37,545 nucleotides of DNA from Candidatus Peregrinibacteria bacterium (GCA_007133095.1 SLNK01000009.1:1-37545), one strand, 5' to 3'; numbered from the stretch's first letter, positions 19,651 through 28,966 are shown. Translations and numbers: made by a program. Notes: generated by a model not told the origin, from the letters alone.

Positions 19651-19929
19651 ATGGCAAGATCAGGGAAAAAAGGACCATACGTAGACCAAAAAGTAATGAA
19701 AAAGGTCGAAGCTATGAACAATTCCGGACAAAAGAAACCCATAAAAACTTGGGCAAGAAACTCTGATATTGCACCTGAGTTCGTAGGTCACACATTCGCG
19801 GTCCACAACGGAAAACAATTTATTCCGGTTTTCGTAACTGAAAATATGGTTGGACACAAATTGGGAGAGTTCTCCCCCACTAAAATGTTTAAGGGCCACG
19901 GAGGTAAACTGGCCAAAGGACAAAAATAA
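19651..19929 (+). CDS. rpsS: 30S ribosomal protein S19
   Basis: 92 aa. [32 protein letters not shown] is canonical S19. Confidence 0.97.
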   Translation: MARSGKKGPYVDQKVMKKVEAMNNSGQKKPIKTWARNSDIAPEFVGHTFAVHNGKQFIPVFVTENMVGHKLGEFSPTKMFKGHGGKLAKGQK

Positions 19930-19939
19930 TTAACGCATT

Positions 19940-20338
19940 ATGAAAGCGATATTAAGACAAGTTAGGATCTCCCCAAAAAAAGCTAATCTGGTAGCGGCCC
20001 TGGTTAGAACAAAGCCGGTTACGGAAGCTGTCGCTATCCTGAAGTTTACTCCTAAAAAAGCGGCTCCCATTCTAAAAAAAGTAATAGAGTCAGCGGCTGC
20101 AAATGCGGAAAACAACTTGAAACAGAAAAAAGAATCATTATACATAAGAGAAATAATCGTAACCGAAGGCCCTACATATAAAAGAAGAATACCCATCTCA
20201 AGAGGAAGAGCTCATCCACTGCTAAAGAGAACATCGCACATAACAGTTGAACTGGAGCAAAGACTGGAAGAAAAAACAGCACCGAAAACAGAATCAAATC
20301 AAGAAAAAAGTACCGATAAATCAATCAATAAGAAGTAA
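19940..20338 (+). CDS. rplV: 50S ribosomal protein L22
   Basis: 132 aa. The VRISPKKANLVAALVR start is L22-like, followed by a Lys/Glu-rich C-terminal extension. Confidence 0.95.
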   Translation: MKAILRQVRISPKKANLVAALVRTKPVTEAVAILKFTPKKAAPILKKVIESAAANAENNLKQKKESLYIREIIVTEGPTYKRRIPISRGRAHPLLKRTSHITVELEQRLEEKTAPKTESNQEKSTDKSINKK

Positions 20339-20341
20339 ATT

Positions 20342-21022
20342 ATGGGACAAAAAGTAAATCCAAAAGTAATCAGACTGGGAATAACCCACGATTGGGACTC
20401 CAAGTGGTACGCGGGAAAGAAAAACTTCGCGCAGCTGTTCCATCAAGACATTGAAATAGAAAAAGTGATCAGGAAGCAATTGGATACCGACGGAATATCA
20501 AAGATAGAGATCCTTAGAACACAAGGTAAAGTAATAATAAATATACATACCTCAAAGCCGGGAGTAATTATCGGACGCGGAGGAGAAATAATAGAAAAAT
20601 TGAAAGATACGCTCAGTAAAAAATTCAAAGAGGCATTCGCGGTAAACATAAGAGAAATAAAGAAGCCTATGCTGGACTCCATGATAGTTGCGGAAAGTAT
20701 AGCAAGGCAGATCGAAAAAAGGATTTCTTACAGAAGAGCGGCAAAAATGGCACTGGAAAAAATAATGGAATCGGGAGCGATCGGAGCAAAAATATATCTG
20801 GGAGGAAGGTTGAACGGAGTGGAAATATCAAGAGGAGAATTCTTTAGCAAAGGAAAGATACCTTTACACACATTTAGAGCGGATATAGATTATTCATCCG
20901 TTCCCGCCAAAACCAGTTACGGGAAAATAGGTACAAAGGTTTGGATTTACAAAGGAGACGTATTTAAAAAAGATCTACACGCAAAAATGGCACAACAACT
21001 TGAAGAAGTTAAACAAACTTAA
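20342..21022 (+). CDS. rpsC: 30S ribosomal protein S3
   Basis: 226 aa. MGQKVNPKVIRLGITHDWDSKWYA plus a KH domain (PGVIIGRGGEIIEKL). Confidence 0.98.
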   Translation: MGQKVNPKVIRLGITHDWDSKWYAGKKNFAQLFHQDIEIEKVIRKQLDTDGISKIEILRTQGKVIINIHTSKPGVIIGRGGEIIEKLKDTLSKKFKEAFAVNIREIKKPMLDSMIVAESIARQIEKRISYRRAAKMALEKIMESGAIGAKIYLGGRLNGVEISRGEFFSKGKIPLHTFRADIDYSSVPAKTSYGKIGTKVWIYKGDVFKKDLHAKMAQQLEEVKQT

Positions 21023-21028
21023 AACATC

Positions 21029-21448
21029 ATGCTACAACCAAAAAAGCAAAAACACAGAAAGGTATTCAGAGGCCGAAGCGACACGGAGGGGTTATCATAT
21101 AGAGGAACAAAAGTAAGTTTTGGAACATTCGGACTAAAAGCTCAAACCGGGGGAGAAATAACGTCAAGACAAATTGAAGCCGCAAGACGAACAATGACCA
21201 GATACACGAAGCGTGGCGGAAAGATATGGATAAACATTTTTCCACACAAACCCATAACAAGAAAATCATCTGAAGTCCCTATGGGAAGTGGTAAAGGAGC
21301 CCCGGAGTTCTTTGTGGCCACCGTAAAACCCGGCAGAGTCCTGTTTGAAATGGAGGGAATTGCTCCGGAAGTAGCAAGAGAAGCAATGAGGCTCGCGGCA
21401 TACAAACTGCCAATAAAATGTAAATTTATTAACACTCAAGAAAAATAA
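21029..21448 (+). CDS. rplP: 50S ribosomal protein L16
   Basis: 139 aa. [16 protein letters not shown]...[25 protein letters not shown] is canonical L16. Confidence 0.97.
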   Translation: MLQPKKQKHRKVFRGRSDTEGLSYRGTKVSFGTFGLKAQTGGEITSRQIEAARRTMTRYTKRGGKIWINIFPHKPITRKSSEVPMGSGKGAPEFFVATVKPGRVLFEMEGIAPEVAREAMRLAAYKLPIKCKFINTQEK

Positions 21449-21453
21449 GCATC

Positions 21454-21660
21454 ATGAAAACGCTGGAAGAACTAAAAAAAATGGATATGCAGAAGCTAAA
21501 GGAAGAATTGGCCTTGATGCAAAAGGATCTATTTAAAGTCAAATTTAACGTCAAAACCGGACAAGCGAAAAATGCACATTCAATCAGAAACCACAAAAAA
21601 CAAATCGCAAGAATAATAACTGTAATAAAAGCAGTTGAAACTGAAAAAAAAACGGATTAG
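21454..21660 (+). CDS. rpmC: 50S ribosomal protein L29
   Basis: 68 aa. Helical L29 pattern (LKEELALMQKDLFKVKFNVKTGQAKNAHSIRNHKKQIARI) in the canonical position. Confidence 0.93.
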   Translation: MKTLEELKKMDMQKLKEELALMQKDLFKVKFNVKTGQAKNAHSIRNHKKQIARIITVIKAVETEKKTD

Positions 21661-21704
21661 AATTCCGGCCTGAAATACGGCAAGCAAATTAATAAATCAA
21701 TAAA

Positions 21705-21932
21705 ATGCGAGTAAAAAAAGGAGTAGTAACAAGCAATAAACAAGACAAGACGTTGGTGGTAACGGTTCACACTTACAAGAACCACCCAAAGTACAAAAAA
21801 AGATACAGGGTTTCCAAAAAGTATCACGTACACAACCCCAACAATGAAAAAGTGGCAATCGGAACGGATGTAACATTCCACGAAGTAAGGCCGCTTAGCA
21901 AACTAAAAAAATGGATAATTAAAAACGACTAA
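21705..21932 (+). CDS. rpsQ: 30S ribosomal protein S17
   Basis: 75 aa. [30 protein letters not shown]...[10 protein letters not shown] is canonical S17. Confidence 0.95.
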   Translation: MRVKKGVVTSNKQDKTLVVTVHTYKNHPKYKKRYRVSKKYHVHNPNNEKVAIGTDVTFHEVRPLSKLKKWIIKND

Positions 21933-21933
21933 A

Positions 21934-22302
21934 ATGATTCAGCCGGAAACAAAATTAAAGGTAGCGGACAACACCGGAGCAAAACTTGCAAAGTGCATAA
22001 AGGTTCTGGGGGGATCCAAAAGAAAATATGCAAGAATAGGAGACGTGGTTGTTGTGAGCATAAAAGAAGCAAGTCCCCGTGGAGTTGTGAAAAAGAAATC
22101 CGTGGAAAGAGGAGTGATTGTAAGGCAAGTGAAAGAATTTAGTAGAAAAGACGGATCAAGCATTCGCTTCGACGAAAACGCAATAGTAATAATCGATAAA
22201 GATAAACAACCCAAGGGAACTCGTGTATTCGGTCCAGTAGCAAGAGAGCTCAGAGACCGCGGTTATCAAAAAATTGTTTCACAAGCACCGGAAGTTTTAT
22301 AA
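21934..22302 (+). CDS. rplN: 50S ribosomal protein L14
   Basis: 122 aa. [37 protein letters not shown] is canonical L14. Confidence 0.98.
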   Translation: MIQPETKLKVADNTGAKLAKCIKVLGGSKRKYARIGDVVVVSIKEASPRGVVKKKSVERGVIVRQVKEFSRKDGSSIRFDENAIVIIDKDKQPKGTRVFGPVARELRDRGYQKIVSQAPEVL

Positions 22303-22310
22303 CAAAAACC

Positions 22311-22631
22311 ATGAAAGTAAAATTAAACGATCAAGTAAAAGTAGTAACGGGAAAAGATAAAGGGAAAACCGGCAAGGTTACCAAAACTTTTTCCTCAAGT
22401 AACAAAGTTGTTGTTGAAAAAGTAAACATAAGAACCAAGCATATCAAAAAAACAGCACGTAAGGCCGGAGAGAAAGTACAGTACGAAGCACCAATAAACG
22501 CTTCAAACGTAATGCTCATCTGTCCGGGATGTAAGGAAACGACAAGAGTGGCATACAAAGTTTCGAAAGGAACGAAAAAACGAAGAACATGCAAAAAATG
22601 TAAAGAAATTATAGATAAAGTAACCACCTGA
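22311..22631 (+). CDS. rplX: 50S ribosomal protein L24 (zinc-ribbon-containing variant)
   Basis: 106 aa. KOW motif DQVKVVTGKDKGKTGKV plus CPGC...CKKC cysteine pairs, as seen in L24 of some lineages such as Thermus. Confidence 0.93.
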   Translation: MKVKLNDQVKVVTGKDKGKTGKVTKTFSSSNKVVVEKVNIRTKHIKKTARKAGEKVQYEAPINASNVMLICPGCKETTRVAYKVSKGTKKRRTCKKCKEIIDKVTT

Positions 22632-22637
22632 TAAAAA

Positions 22638-23132
22638 ATGTCGGAAAAAGAAGCAAAAAATATAATGGCAAAACCGAAAGTTACCAAAGTGACGATAAAT
22701 GTTGGTATAGGAACTTACGTAAAAGCGCACAACAAAGACTTTTCAAACATAGTTGAAAATATAATGGCTATAAGCGGTCAGAAACCAATCGTAACAAAAG
22801 CTAAAAAAGCCGTTTCAAACTTTAAATTGAGAGAGAAAGAGCCTACCGGAATAAAAGTAACCCTGAGAGGAGAAAGAATGGAAGACTTTATAACAAAGCT
22901 TGTAAATATAGTATTCCCCCGCGTAAGAGATTTTCGAGGATTATCGCCAAAAGCATTCGACGGAAACGGGAACTACAGTATCGGGTTCCGTGAACACACG
23001 GTATTCCCGGAAATAAGCCCGGACGACGTTATGAAACTGCACGGACTTCAAGTAAATATAATAACAAGCGCAATAACCGATGAGGAAGGACTAGAATTAC
23101 TAAAAACATTGGGATTCCCGTTTAAAAAATAA
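22638..23132 (+). CDS. rplE: 50S ribosomal protein L5
   Basis: 164 aa. VTINVGIG...GQKPIVTKAKKAVSNFKLRE...FPRVRDFRGLS...FDGNGNYSIGFREHTVFPEI. The N-terminus is somewhat short compared with typical L5. Confidence 0.95.
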   Translation: MSEKEAKNIMAKPKVTKVTINVGIGTYVKAHNKDFSNIVENIMAISGQKPIVTKAKKAVSNFKLREKEPTGIKVTLRGERMEDFITKLVNIVFPRVRDFRGLSPKAFDGNGNYSIGFREHTVFPEISPDDVMKLHGLQVNIITSAITDEEGLELLKTLGFPFKK

Positions 23133-23142
23133 TCTATAAAAA

Positions 23143-23367
23143 ATGGCCAGAACCGCATTAAAAGTAAAAACAGCAAGAAAACAGCAAGAAGTAGCAAAAG
23201 CTATCGAAGCAAACAAACCGCCAAAATTCCCGACAAGATGCTACAACAGATGTAAACTATGCGGGAGAAAAGGCGGATACATGAGAAAATTTGAAGTTTG
23301 CAGAATATGCTTCAGAGAACTGGCAAGTGAAGGAAAAATAACGGGTATAAAAAAATCATCCTGGTAA
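23143..23367 (+). CDS. rpsN: 30S ribosomal protein S14 (zinc-binding C4 type)
   Basis: 74 aa. [26 protein letters not shown] carries CxxC...CxxC. Canonical position between rplE and rpsH. Confidence 0.93.
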   Translation: MARTALKVKTARKQQEVAKAIEANKPPKFPTRCYNRCKLCGRKGGYMRKFEVCRICFRELASEGKITGIKKSSW

Positions 23368-23377
23368 CCATTAAAAA

Positions 23378-23764
23378 ATGAACACAGACCCCATAGCGGA
23401 TTTACTAACAAGGATCAGGAACGCACAAAAAGCACACCATCAAGTTGTAAGGGTTCCACATTCAACAATAAAAGAGAATATATTAAAAATTCTCAAACAG
23501 TGGAATTTTATCCAAGATTTTAAAGTAAAAAACCACGAAGACAAAGTTCAAAAAGAACTGGAAGTCCTGCTAAAAGACGACAAAGTTCTAACAATGCGAA
23601 AAATAAGCAAGCCAGGCCAAAGAATATATGTTAAAAAAGACGAATTAAGACTTATAAAAAGCGGCCTGGGAATATCAATAGTTTCAACATCAAAAGGATT
23701 GATGACAAACATTGAAGCGAAAAAACAAAATATGGGGGGCGAATTGATTTGCGAAATATACTAA
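23378..23764 (+). CDS. rpsH: 30S ribosomal protein S8
   Basis: 128 aa. DPIADLLTRIRNAQKAHH...GLGISIVSTSKGLMT is canonical S8. Confidence 0.97.
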   Translation: MNTDPIADLLTRIRNAQKAHHQVVRVPHSTIKENILKILKQWNFIQDFKVKNHEDKVQKELEVLLKDDKVLTMRKISKPGQRIYVKKDELRLIKSGLGISIVSTSKGLMTNIEAKKQNMGGELICEIY

Positions 23765-23773
23765 TAATAAATT

Positions 23774-24331
23774 ATGTCACGAATAGGAAAATTACCGGTA
23801 CAAATACCAAGCGGCGTAACGATTGAGATAGGCGGTAACAAGATAACAGTCAAGGGCCCTAAAGGAGAATTGGAAAAAGATATTCATCCGAAGATCAAGG
23901 TTGAAAAAATCGAAAACGAAATAATTGTAAATAAGACGGACGAAACCAAAGAAAGCCAATCTCTCCACGGTCTAAGCAGAAGCTTAATCGCCAACATGGT
24001 AGAGGGAGTAACGAAAGGATTTGAAAAAAAGCTGGAAATAGTGGGCGTGGGATACAGAGCAAAAGTTAGCGGAAGCAAAATAACTTTAAATCTGGGATTC
24101 TCACATCCCGTGGAATATACAGCGGACAAAAGCATAGAATTCAAAATGGACGAAGAAAAAAAGAACATAATAACTATAAGCGGAATTGATAAACAGCTTG
24201 TTGGAGAAGTAGCGGCAAAAGTAAGATCCTTTAGAAAACCGGAGCCTTACAAAGGCAAAGGGATAAGATATATAGACGAGTACGTTGCGAGAAAAGCCGG
24301 AAAATCGGCAGCGGCAACGGGGGCAAAATAA
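23774..24331 (+). CDS. rplF: 50S ribosomal protein L6
   Basis: 185 aa. MSRIGKLPVQIPSGVTIEI...ITVKGPKGEL...KPEPYKGKGIRY is canonical L6. Confidence 0.97.
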   Translation: MSRIGKLPVQIPSGVTIEIGGNKITVKGPKGELEKDIHPKIKVEKIENEIIVNKTDETKESQSLHGLSRSLIANMVEGVTKGFEKKLEIVGVGYRAKVSGSKITLNLGFSHPVEYTADKSIEFKMDEEKKNIITISGIDKQLVGEVAAKVRSFRKPEPYKGKGIRYIDEYVARKAGKSAAATGAK

Positions 24332-24349
24332 TAAAAGTAACATCATATA

Positions 24350-24694
24350 ATGGCTAACGAAAAATACATCGCAAGAAAGAGAAGGCACAACCGAGTACGC
24401 TCGAAGATTTCCGGAGAGGAAAAAAGACCAAGACTTGTTGTTTTCAGAAGTCTAAAAAATATTTACGCACAACTTGTTGATGACAAAAATGGAAAAGTGA
24501 TTGCCGGAACTTCTGATATTAAAGAGTCAAAAGGAACAAAAACTGAACGAGGCAAAAAAGTCGGTATTGAAATAGCCAAGTTGGCAAAAGAGAAAAAAAT
24601 TGAAACTGTGGTGTTTGATCGTAACGGTTACAAATACCACGGTAGAGTTAAAGCCTTGGCGGAAGGAGCTCGTGAAGGCGGACTAAAATTTTGA
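24350..24694 (+). CDS. rplR: 50S ribosomal protein L18
   Basis: 114 aa. [12 protein letters not shown]...[20 protein letters not shown]...[26 protein letters not shown] is canonical L18. Confidence 0.96.
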   Translation: MANEKYIARKRRHNRVRSKISGEEKRPRLVVFRSLKNIYAQLVDDKNGKVIAGTSDIKESKGTKTERGKKVGIEIAKLAKEKKIETVVFDRNGYKYHGRVKALAEGAREGGLKF

Positions 24695-24709
24695 TAATTA
24701 ACCAAAACC

Positions 24710-25318
24710 ATGGCGAAACCAACAGGGAGAAAAGACAGATTCATAAAAAAAGAACCAAAAGAGTTCGATGAAGAAGTCATACAAATAGACAGAGTAACAA
24801 GAGTAGTAAAAGGTGGTAGAAAACTAAGATTTCGAGCAACGGTCGCGATCGGAGACAGAAAAGGAAGAGTAGGAATAGGAATAGGAAAATCTCACGAAGT
24901 AACCGGAGCTATACAGAAAGGGATTGCCAAAGCAAAAAAAGACATAGTTAAAGTGAAATTGGACGGATCAACAATCCCCCACGACATAAAGATTAAGTAC
25001 AAATCGGCAAAAATTTTGTTAATCCCCGCGGTTGAAGGTACAGGACTTATTTCAGGAGGAACCGTCCGTAAAGTTTTAGAATTAGCGGGTGTTAAAAACG
25101 TTCTTAGTAAGTCATTTGGAACAACAAATAAGGTAAATGTGACAAAAGCCACATTTGAAGCACTCAAAAAATTACAAGAGACCCCGAGAATGAAAAAGAG
25201 AAATGAAGCAAAACCGGCAAGCAAACCGTCACAAAAGCCTGAAGCAAAATCTGAAGCAAAGCCTGAAGCAAAATCTGAAGCAAAGACGGCGCCAAAAAAA
25301 GAATCAACTAAAAAATAA
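24710..25318 (+). CDS. rpsE: 30S ribosomal protein S5 with a Lys/Ala/Glu/Pro-rich repeat tail
   Basis: 202 aa. Canonical core (VIQIDRVTRVVKGGRKLRFRATVAIGDRKGRVGIGIGKSHEV), then a C-terminal low-complexity extension of ~45 aa (KPEAKSEAKPEAKSEAK...). Confidence 0.96.
   Translation: MAKPTGRKDRFIKKEPKEFDEEVIQIDRVTRVVKGGRKLRFRATVAIGDRKGRVGIGIGKSHEVTGAIQKGIAKAKKDIVKVKLDGSTIPHDIKIKYKSAKILLIPAVEGTGLISGGTVRKVLELAGVKNVLSKSFGTTNKVNVTKATFEALKKLQETPRMKKRNEAKPASKPSQKPEAKSEAKPEAKSEAKTAPKKESTKK
25237..25284 (+). repeat. Perfect 24-nt tandem duplication inside the rpsE tail
   Basis: GCCTGAAGCAAAATCTGAAGCAAA occurs at 25237-25260 and again at 25261-25284. Each unit is itself two 12-nt sub-repeats. In frame it encodes (PEAKSEAK)x2. 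Confidence 0.95.
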
Positions 25319-25321
25319 GAC

Positions 25322-25807
25322 ATGTCATTACTTGAACTAAGCAGCAAAACAGGAAGTAAAAAAAGAAAAAGAGTAGGAAGAGGAAACGCCTCCGGCCACG
25401 GAACCTACAGCTGTAAAGGGATGAAAGGACAAACAGCAAGAAGTGGCGGCAGAAGAAGACCTGGATTTGAAGGAGGACAAACTCCTTACCTTCGAAAGAT
25501 GCCAAAACTCAAAGGTTTCAAAAATCCCAACAGAGTTGAATATCAAGCTATAAACGTGGGTGATTTAAATATGTTTGAGGACAAAGCAACTGTAAACGCG
25601 GAAACTCTTTATTCAAAAAATCTTATTTCCAAAAAAAATAAACCGGTTAAACTGTTAGCGGGAAAAGGATCTTTGGAAAAAACACTGACAATAGAAGTGG
25701 ATAAAGCCTCCAAGAAAGCAATTGAGCTGGTTGAAGCCAAAAAAGGAAAGGTTAAAACTAAAGAAAAAGAAGCTGAACCTAAAAAAGAAGAATTAAAAAA
25801 TCAATAA
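25322..25807 (+). CDS. rplO: 50S ribosomal protein L15
   Basis: 161 aa. KKRKRVGRGNASGHGTYSCKGMKGQTARSGG is canonical L15. It starts 3 nt after the rpsE stop, so no rpmD lies between them. Confidence 0.96.
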   Translation: MSLLELSSKTGSKKRKRVGRGNASGHGTYSCKGMKGQTARSGGRRRPGFEGGQTPYLRKMPKLKGFKNPNRVEYQAINVGDLNMFEDKATVNAETLYSKNLISKKNKPVKLLAGKGSLEKTLTIEVDKASKKAIELVEAKKGKVKTKEKEAEPKKEELKNQ

Positions 25808-27106
25808 ATGTTTGAATATTTCAGCCAAATTTGGAATTCAAAAGAACTTAGAAAAAAAATTCTTTTCACAATATCCATTTTGGTATTGTACAGATTCATA
25901 GCTCATATAACAGTCCCCGGAGTAAGCTTGGAAGCACTTCGAGCTTTCACAACCAGAAATGAACTACTGCAAATGTTCAGTCTTCTTACGGGAGGAAGCA
26001 CGGAGAATTTCTCAATAGTTTTGATGGGGCTTTCCCCTTACATTAACGCGGCCATCATAATGCAATTGATGACCGTAATAGTCCCTAAACTGGAAGCTCT
26101 TTCAAAAGAAGGAGAATCGGGAAGAAGAAAAATAAACTCATATACAAGATGGTTGTGCTTCCCATTAGCATTCCTTCAATCCTACGGAATGATATTGCTT
26201 TTAAATTCACAATCACAGATACCTTTAATAGAAAATATCAACAATCCGGCAACAGTTCTCCCTATAATGCTTACGGTCTCAGCCGGAACAGTCCTTTTGG
26301 TGTGGCTTGGAGAACAAATAACAGAGAAAGGGATAGGTAACGGAATATCGGTACTAATCTTTGCCAGTATTATCTCTCAGGTTCCAACAATGGTTGGTCA
26401 AAACCTTTTCGTAGCACAAGGAGACGCTGCCAAAGTAATGCCATTTGTAGTTGTTGCACTTATGACGATAATTCTGGTAACGGTAGTTGTCCTGGTAACG
26501 GAAGCCCAAAGAAAAATCCCTATCACATACGCGGGACACGGAGCACGGTCCAAAAGCGATCAAGCATTTTTACCGATAAAGATAAATCAAGCGGGAATGA
26601 TCCCCATAATCTTCGCGGTGGCATTGGTGAGCTTCCCGGGAATACTAGGACAATTCTTCCTGAACGCAAATTCAGGCTGGCTTCAAAGCATGGGAGGCAG
26701 TATGACTATCTTGTTCCAACCAAACACGGTTTTATACACAGCTTTATATTTCCTTTTGGTAATAGCCTTCACTTTCTTTTACGTTTCAATAACATTCAAA
26801 CCCGATCAAATAGCTGAAAACATACAGAAGAAAGGAGGATACATCCCCGGAATAAGACCGGGCCAACAAACATCCGAATACCTAAAAGAGATATCCGGAA
26901 GATTAACATTTTTCGGAGCTCTATTTTTAGCGACGATAGCAATAATTCCCATCCTGATGCAGTTTGCCTTCAGGCAAAGCGGTGTAGGAAATATAGCCCT
27001 TCTAATATCCGGAGCGGGAATAATAATCATCGTGGGCGTAATCCTTGAAATTATAAGGCAAGTAAACGCTCAACTGGTAATGCACGATTATAAGAAGTTT
27101 TACTAA
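25808..27106 (+). CDS. secY: Preprotein translocase subunit SecY
   Basis: 432 aa, 10 TM helices, SecY motifs (LLQMFSLLTGGS...FSIVLMGLSPYINAAIIMQL, GEQITEKGIGNGISVLIF). The ATG abuts the rplO stop. Confidence 0.97.
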   Translation: MFEYFSQIWNSKELRKKILFTISILVLYRFIAHITVPGVSLEALRAFTTRNELLQMFSLLTGGSTENFSIVLMGLSPYINAAIIMQLMTVIVPKLEALSKEGESGRRKINSYTRWLCFPLAFLQSYGMILLLNSQSQIPLIENINNPATVLPIMLTVSAGTVLLVWLGEQITEKGIGNGISVLIFASIISQVPTMVGQNLFVAQGDAAKVMPFVVVALMTIILVTVVVLVTEAQRKIPITYAGHGARSKSDQAFLPIKINQAGMIPIIFAVALVSFPGILGQFFLNANSGWLQSMGGSMTILFQPNTVLYTALYFLLVIAFTFFYVSITFKPDQIAENIQKKGGYIPGIRPGQQTSEYLKEISGRLTFFGALFLATIAIIPILMQFAFRQSGVGNIALLISGAGIIIIVGVILEIIRQVNAQLVMHDYKKFY

Positions 27107-27108
27107 TT

Positions 27109-27741
27109 ATGGATTTTATTTTTTTCGGAATGCAAGGCTCCGGAAAGGGGACGCTGGGGAAAGCGGTAGCGGAGAGATACGGTATGCAAATTTTTGAAAC
27201 GGGAAACGAATTAAGAAAGCTTTCACATGAAGAAAGCGAACTTGGCCAAAAAGTAAAATCAATCGTGGAGGCGGGAAATCTGGTGCCCAATGAAGTGGTA
27301 ATGGAAATAGTCGAAAATTTTATGGATAGCATAGACCCCAACTCCCCCATTCTATTTGATGGAATTCCCAGAAAAGTAACTCAAGCAAAAAACCTAAACG
27401 AAGTATTGGATAAACATAACAGAGAATACAAAGCCGTTCTACTTGAGTTAAGCGAAGAAAGCGCATTAAAAAGGCTTACAACAAGAAGAATCTGCAAAAC
27501 TTGCAAAGCGGTTTATCCCGCTACATACACGGAAGAGAACTGCAAATGTGGAGATACTCTGACAACTCGCTCGGATGACAACCCGGAAGCAATAAAAACG
27601 AGATTACAGGCATTTCAGGAAGAAACCGTTCCGGCAATAGAAATGTACAAAGACAAGCTCATAACTATAGACGGCGAACCCAGTATAGAAGATGTGCAAA
27701 CAAACACCTTTGAGATACTGGACAAAATCATGCTCGATTAA
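27109..27741 (+). CDS. adk: Adenylate kinase (Cys-containing lid)
   Basis: 210 aa. P-loop GMQGSGKGT, lid RRICKTCKAVY...CKCGDTLTTRSDD, canonical position after secY. Confidence 0.95.
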   Translation: MDFIFFGMQGSGKGTLGKAVAERYGMQIFETGNELRKLSHEESELGQKVKSIVEAGNLVPNEVVMEIVENFMDSIDPNSPILFDGIPRKVTQAKNLNEVLDKHNREYKAVLLELSEESALKRLTTRRICKTCKAVYPATYTEENCKCGDTLTTRSDDNPEAIKTRLQAFQEETVPAIEMYKDKLITIDGEPSIEDVQTNTFEILDKIMLD

Positions 27742-28494
27742 ATGACGATTATAATAAAAACCGAAGGTGAAATAAAAGCGATGCGTGAAGGCGGCAAAAT
27801 TTTGGCAAATCTGCTGGAAGAAATTCGTTTGCGCGCACAGGCCGGCATTTCAACATATGAACTCGATGAATTTGCGGAAAAATTCATCAAAAAACACAAT
27901 GCAAATCCCGGATTCAAGGGATACAAAGGATTCCCGGCAACCATATGCGCAACAATAGACGCCGAAATTGTTCATGGGATCCCCAACAAAAACAGATATT
28001 TAAAAGAAGGAGACCTTTTCACGGTGGATTGCGGCGTAATTTACGAGGGCCTATACACGGACGCGGCAAGATCAATGGGAATAGGTAAAATTTCAGAGGA
28101 AAAAGAAAAACTTATAGAAGTAGCTAAGAGAACACTTAAAGAAGCAATCCGTGTAGCAAAACCGGGCGTCCGGGTAGGCAAAATTGGGGAAACGGTGGAA
28201 AAAATAGTAAAAGGAGCCGGATTCAATGTGATAAAAGACTTGACAGGACACGGAATAGGAAAAGATCTACACGAAGATCCCGTGGTTTTAAATTACAAAA
28301 GTGATAACCCGGGACCGATACTAAAACCGGGCATGACAATCGCAATAGAGCCTATCTTTACAACAGGAAGGGGAGAATTAAGAGAGTCAAAAGACAATTG
28401 GACATTGATAACATCGGACGGAGCCCCATCGGTACAGGAGGAAAACACGATTTTGATAACTCAAAAAAGTAACGAAATTTTAACTTGCATATAA
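27742..28494 (+). CDS. map: Type I methionine aminopeptidase
   Basis: 250 aa. Metal-ligand context FTVDCGVIYEGLYTDAARS, GHGIGKDLHEDP, IAIEP and QEENTILIT. Confidence 0.96.
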   Translation: MTIIIKTEGEIKAMREGGKILANLLEEIRLRAQAGISTYELDEFAEKFIKKHNANPGFKGYKGFPATICATIDAEIVHGIPNKNRYLKEGDLFTVDCGVIYEGLYTDAARSMGIGKISEEKEKLIEVAKRTLKEAIRVAKPGVRVGKIGETVEKIVKGAGFNVIKDLTGHGIGKDLHEDPVVLNYKSDNPGPILKPGMTIAIEPIFTTGRGELRESKDNWTLITSDGAPSVQEENTILITQKSNEILTCI

Positions 28495-28513
28495 TATTTT
28501 TCTCGTGTAGTAT
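28485..28513 (+). promoter_or_regulatory. Weak candidate promoter upstream of infA
   Basis: TTGCAT (28485-28490, inside the end of map), 17-nt spacer, TAGTAT (28508-28513). The context is A/T-rich, so a chance match is plausible. Confidence 0.3.
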
Positions 28514-28558
28514 CCTAAGGCTTTTTTCACCCCCAAAACAAGATAAAGTGGCATATAC

Positions 28559-28789
28559 ATGGGCAAAGATGACACAATAGAGTTACAAGGGACAGTAGTT
28601 GAGCCGCTACCCAATACGGAGTTTAAAGTGGAACTTGAAAACGGCAACACAATAACGGCACACCTATCGGGAAAAATGAGAATGCACTACATCAAAATCC
28701 TTCCCGGTGATAAGGTAACCGTACAGCTGAGCACATATGATCTCAGCAAAGGAAGAATAACTTATAGACATAGCGCAAAAAAACAATGA
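28559..28789 (+). CDS. infA: Translation initiation factor IF-1
   Basis: 76 aa. S1-like [64 protein letters not shown] is canonical IF-1. Confidence 0.97.
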   Translation: MGKDDTIELQGTVVEPLPNTEFKVELENGNTITAHLSGKMRMHYIKILPGDKVTVQLSTYDLSKGRITYRHSAKKQ

Positions 28790-28899
28790 AAGTAAGATCA
28801 TCGGTAAAAAAAATTTGTCAAAAATGTCAGGTAATAAAGCGTAATAACGTGTTAAGAATAATCTGCCAAAATAAAAGGCATAAACAACGTCAAGGCTGA
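28786..28899 (+). CDS. rpmJ: 50S ribosomal protein L36
   Basis: Too short for the ORF track. My own translation gives [37 protein letters not shown] (37 aa, C-x2-C...C-x4-H zinc motif). The ATG overlaps the infA stop (ATGA) and the TGA stop is at 28897-28899. Confidence 0.93.
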   Translation: MKVRSSVKKICQKCQVIKRNNVLRIICQNKRHKQRQG

Positions 28900-28911
28900 C
28901 TTGAATGCTGG

Positions 28912-28946
28912 GCAGTCAGCGTTCTTCCCCCAAGAACGCTGACTGC
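28912..28946 (+). promoter_or_regulatory. Perfect 15-bp GC-rich hairpin between rpmJ and rpsM
   Basis: GCAGTCAGCGTTCTT-CCCCC-AAGAACGCTGACTGC. It starts 13 nt after the rpmJ stop and ends 21 nt before the rpsM ATG. It is followed by TTAGAATTT, which is not a clean U-tract. Confidence 0.6.
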
Positions 28947-28966
28947 TTAGAATTTAATCGGACCAA

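Noticed and set aside
22311-22631. The CxxC...CxxC zinc ribbon in L24 as a novel feature.
   Set aside because: Cys-containing L24 variants are known in other lineages, for example Thermus, so this is ordinary lineage variation.
25186-25318. The S5 C-terminal extension as a fused remnant of the missing L30.
   Set aside because: The tail is low-complexity Lys/Ala/Glu/Pro repeats with no resemblance to the L30 fold or its motifs.
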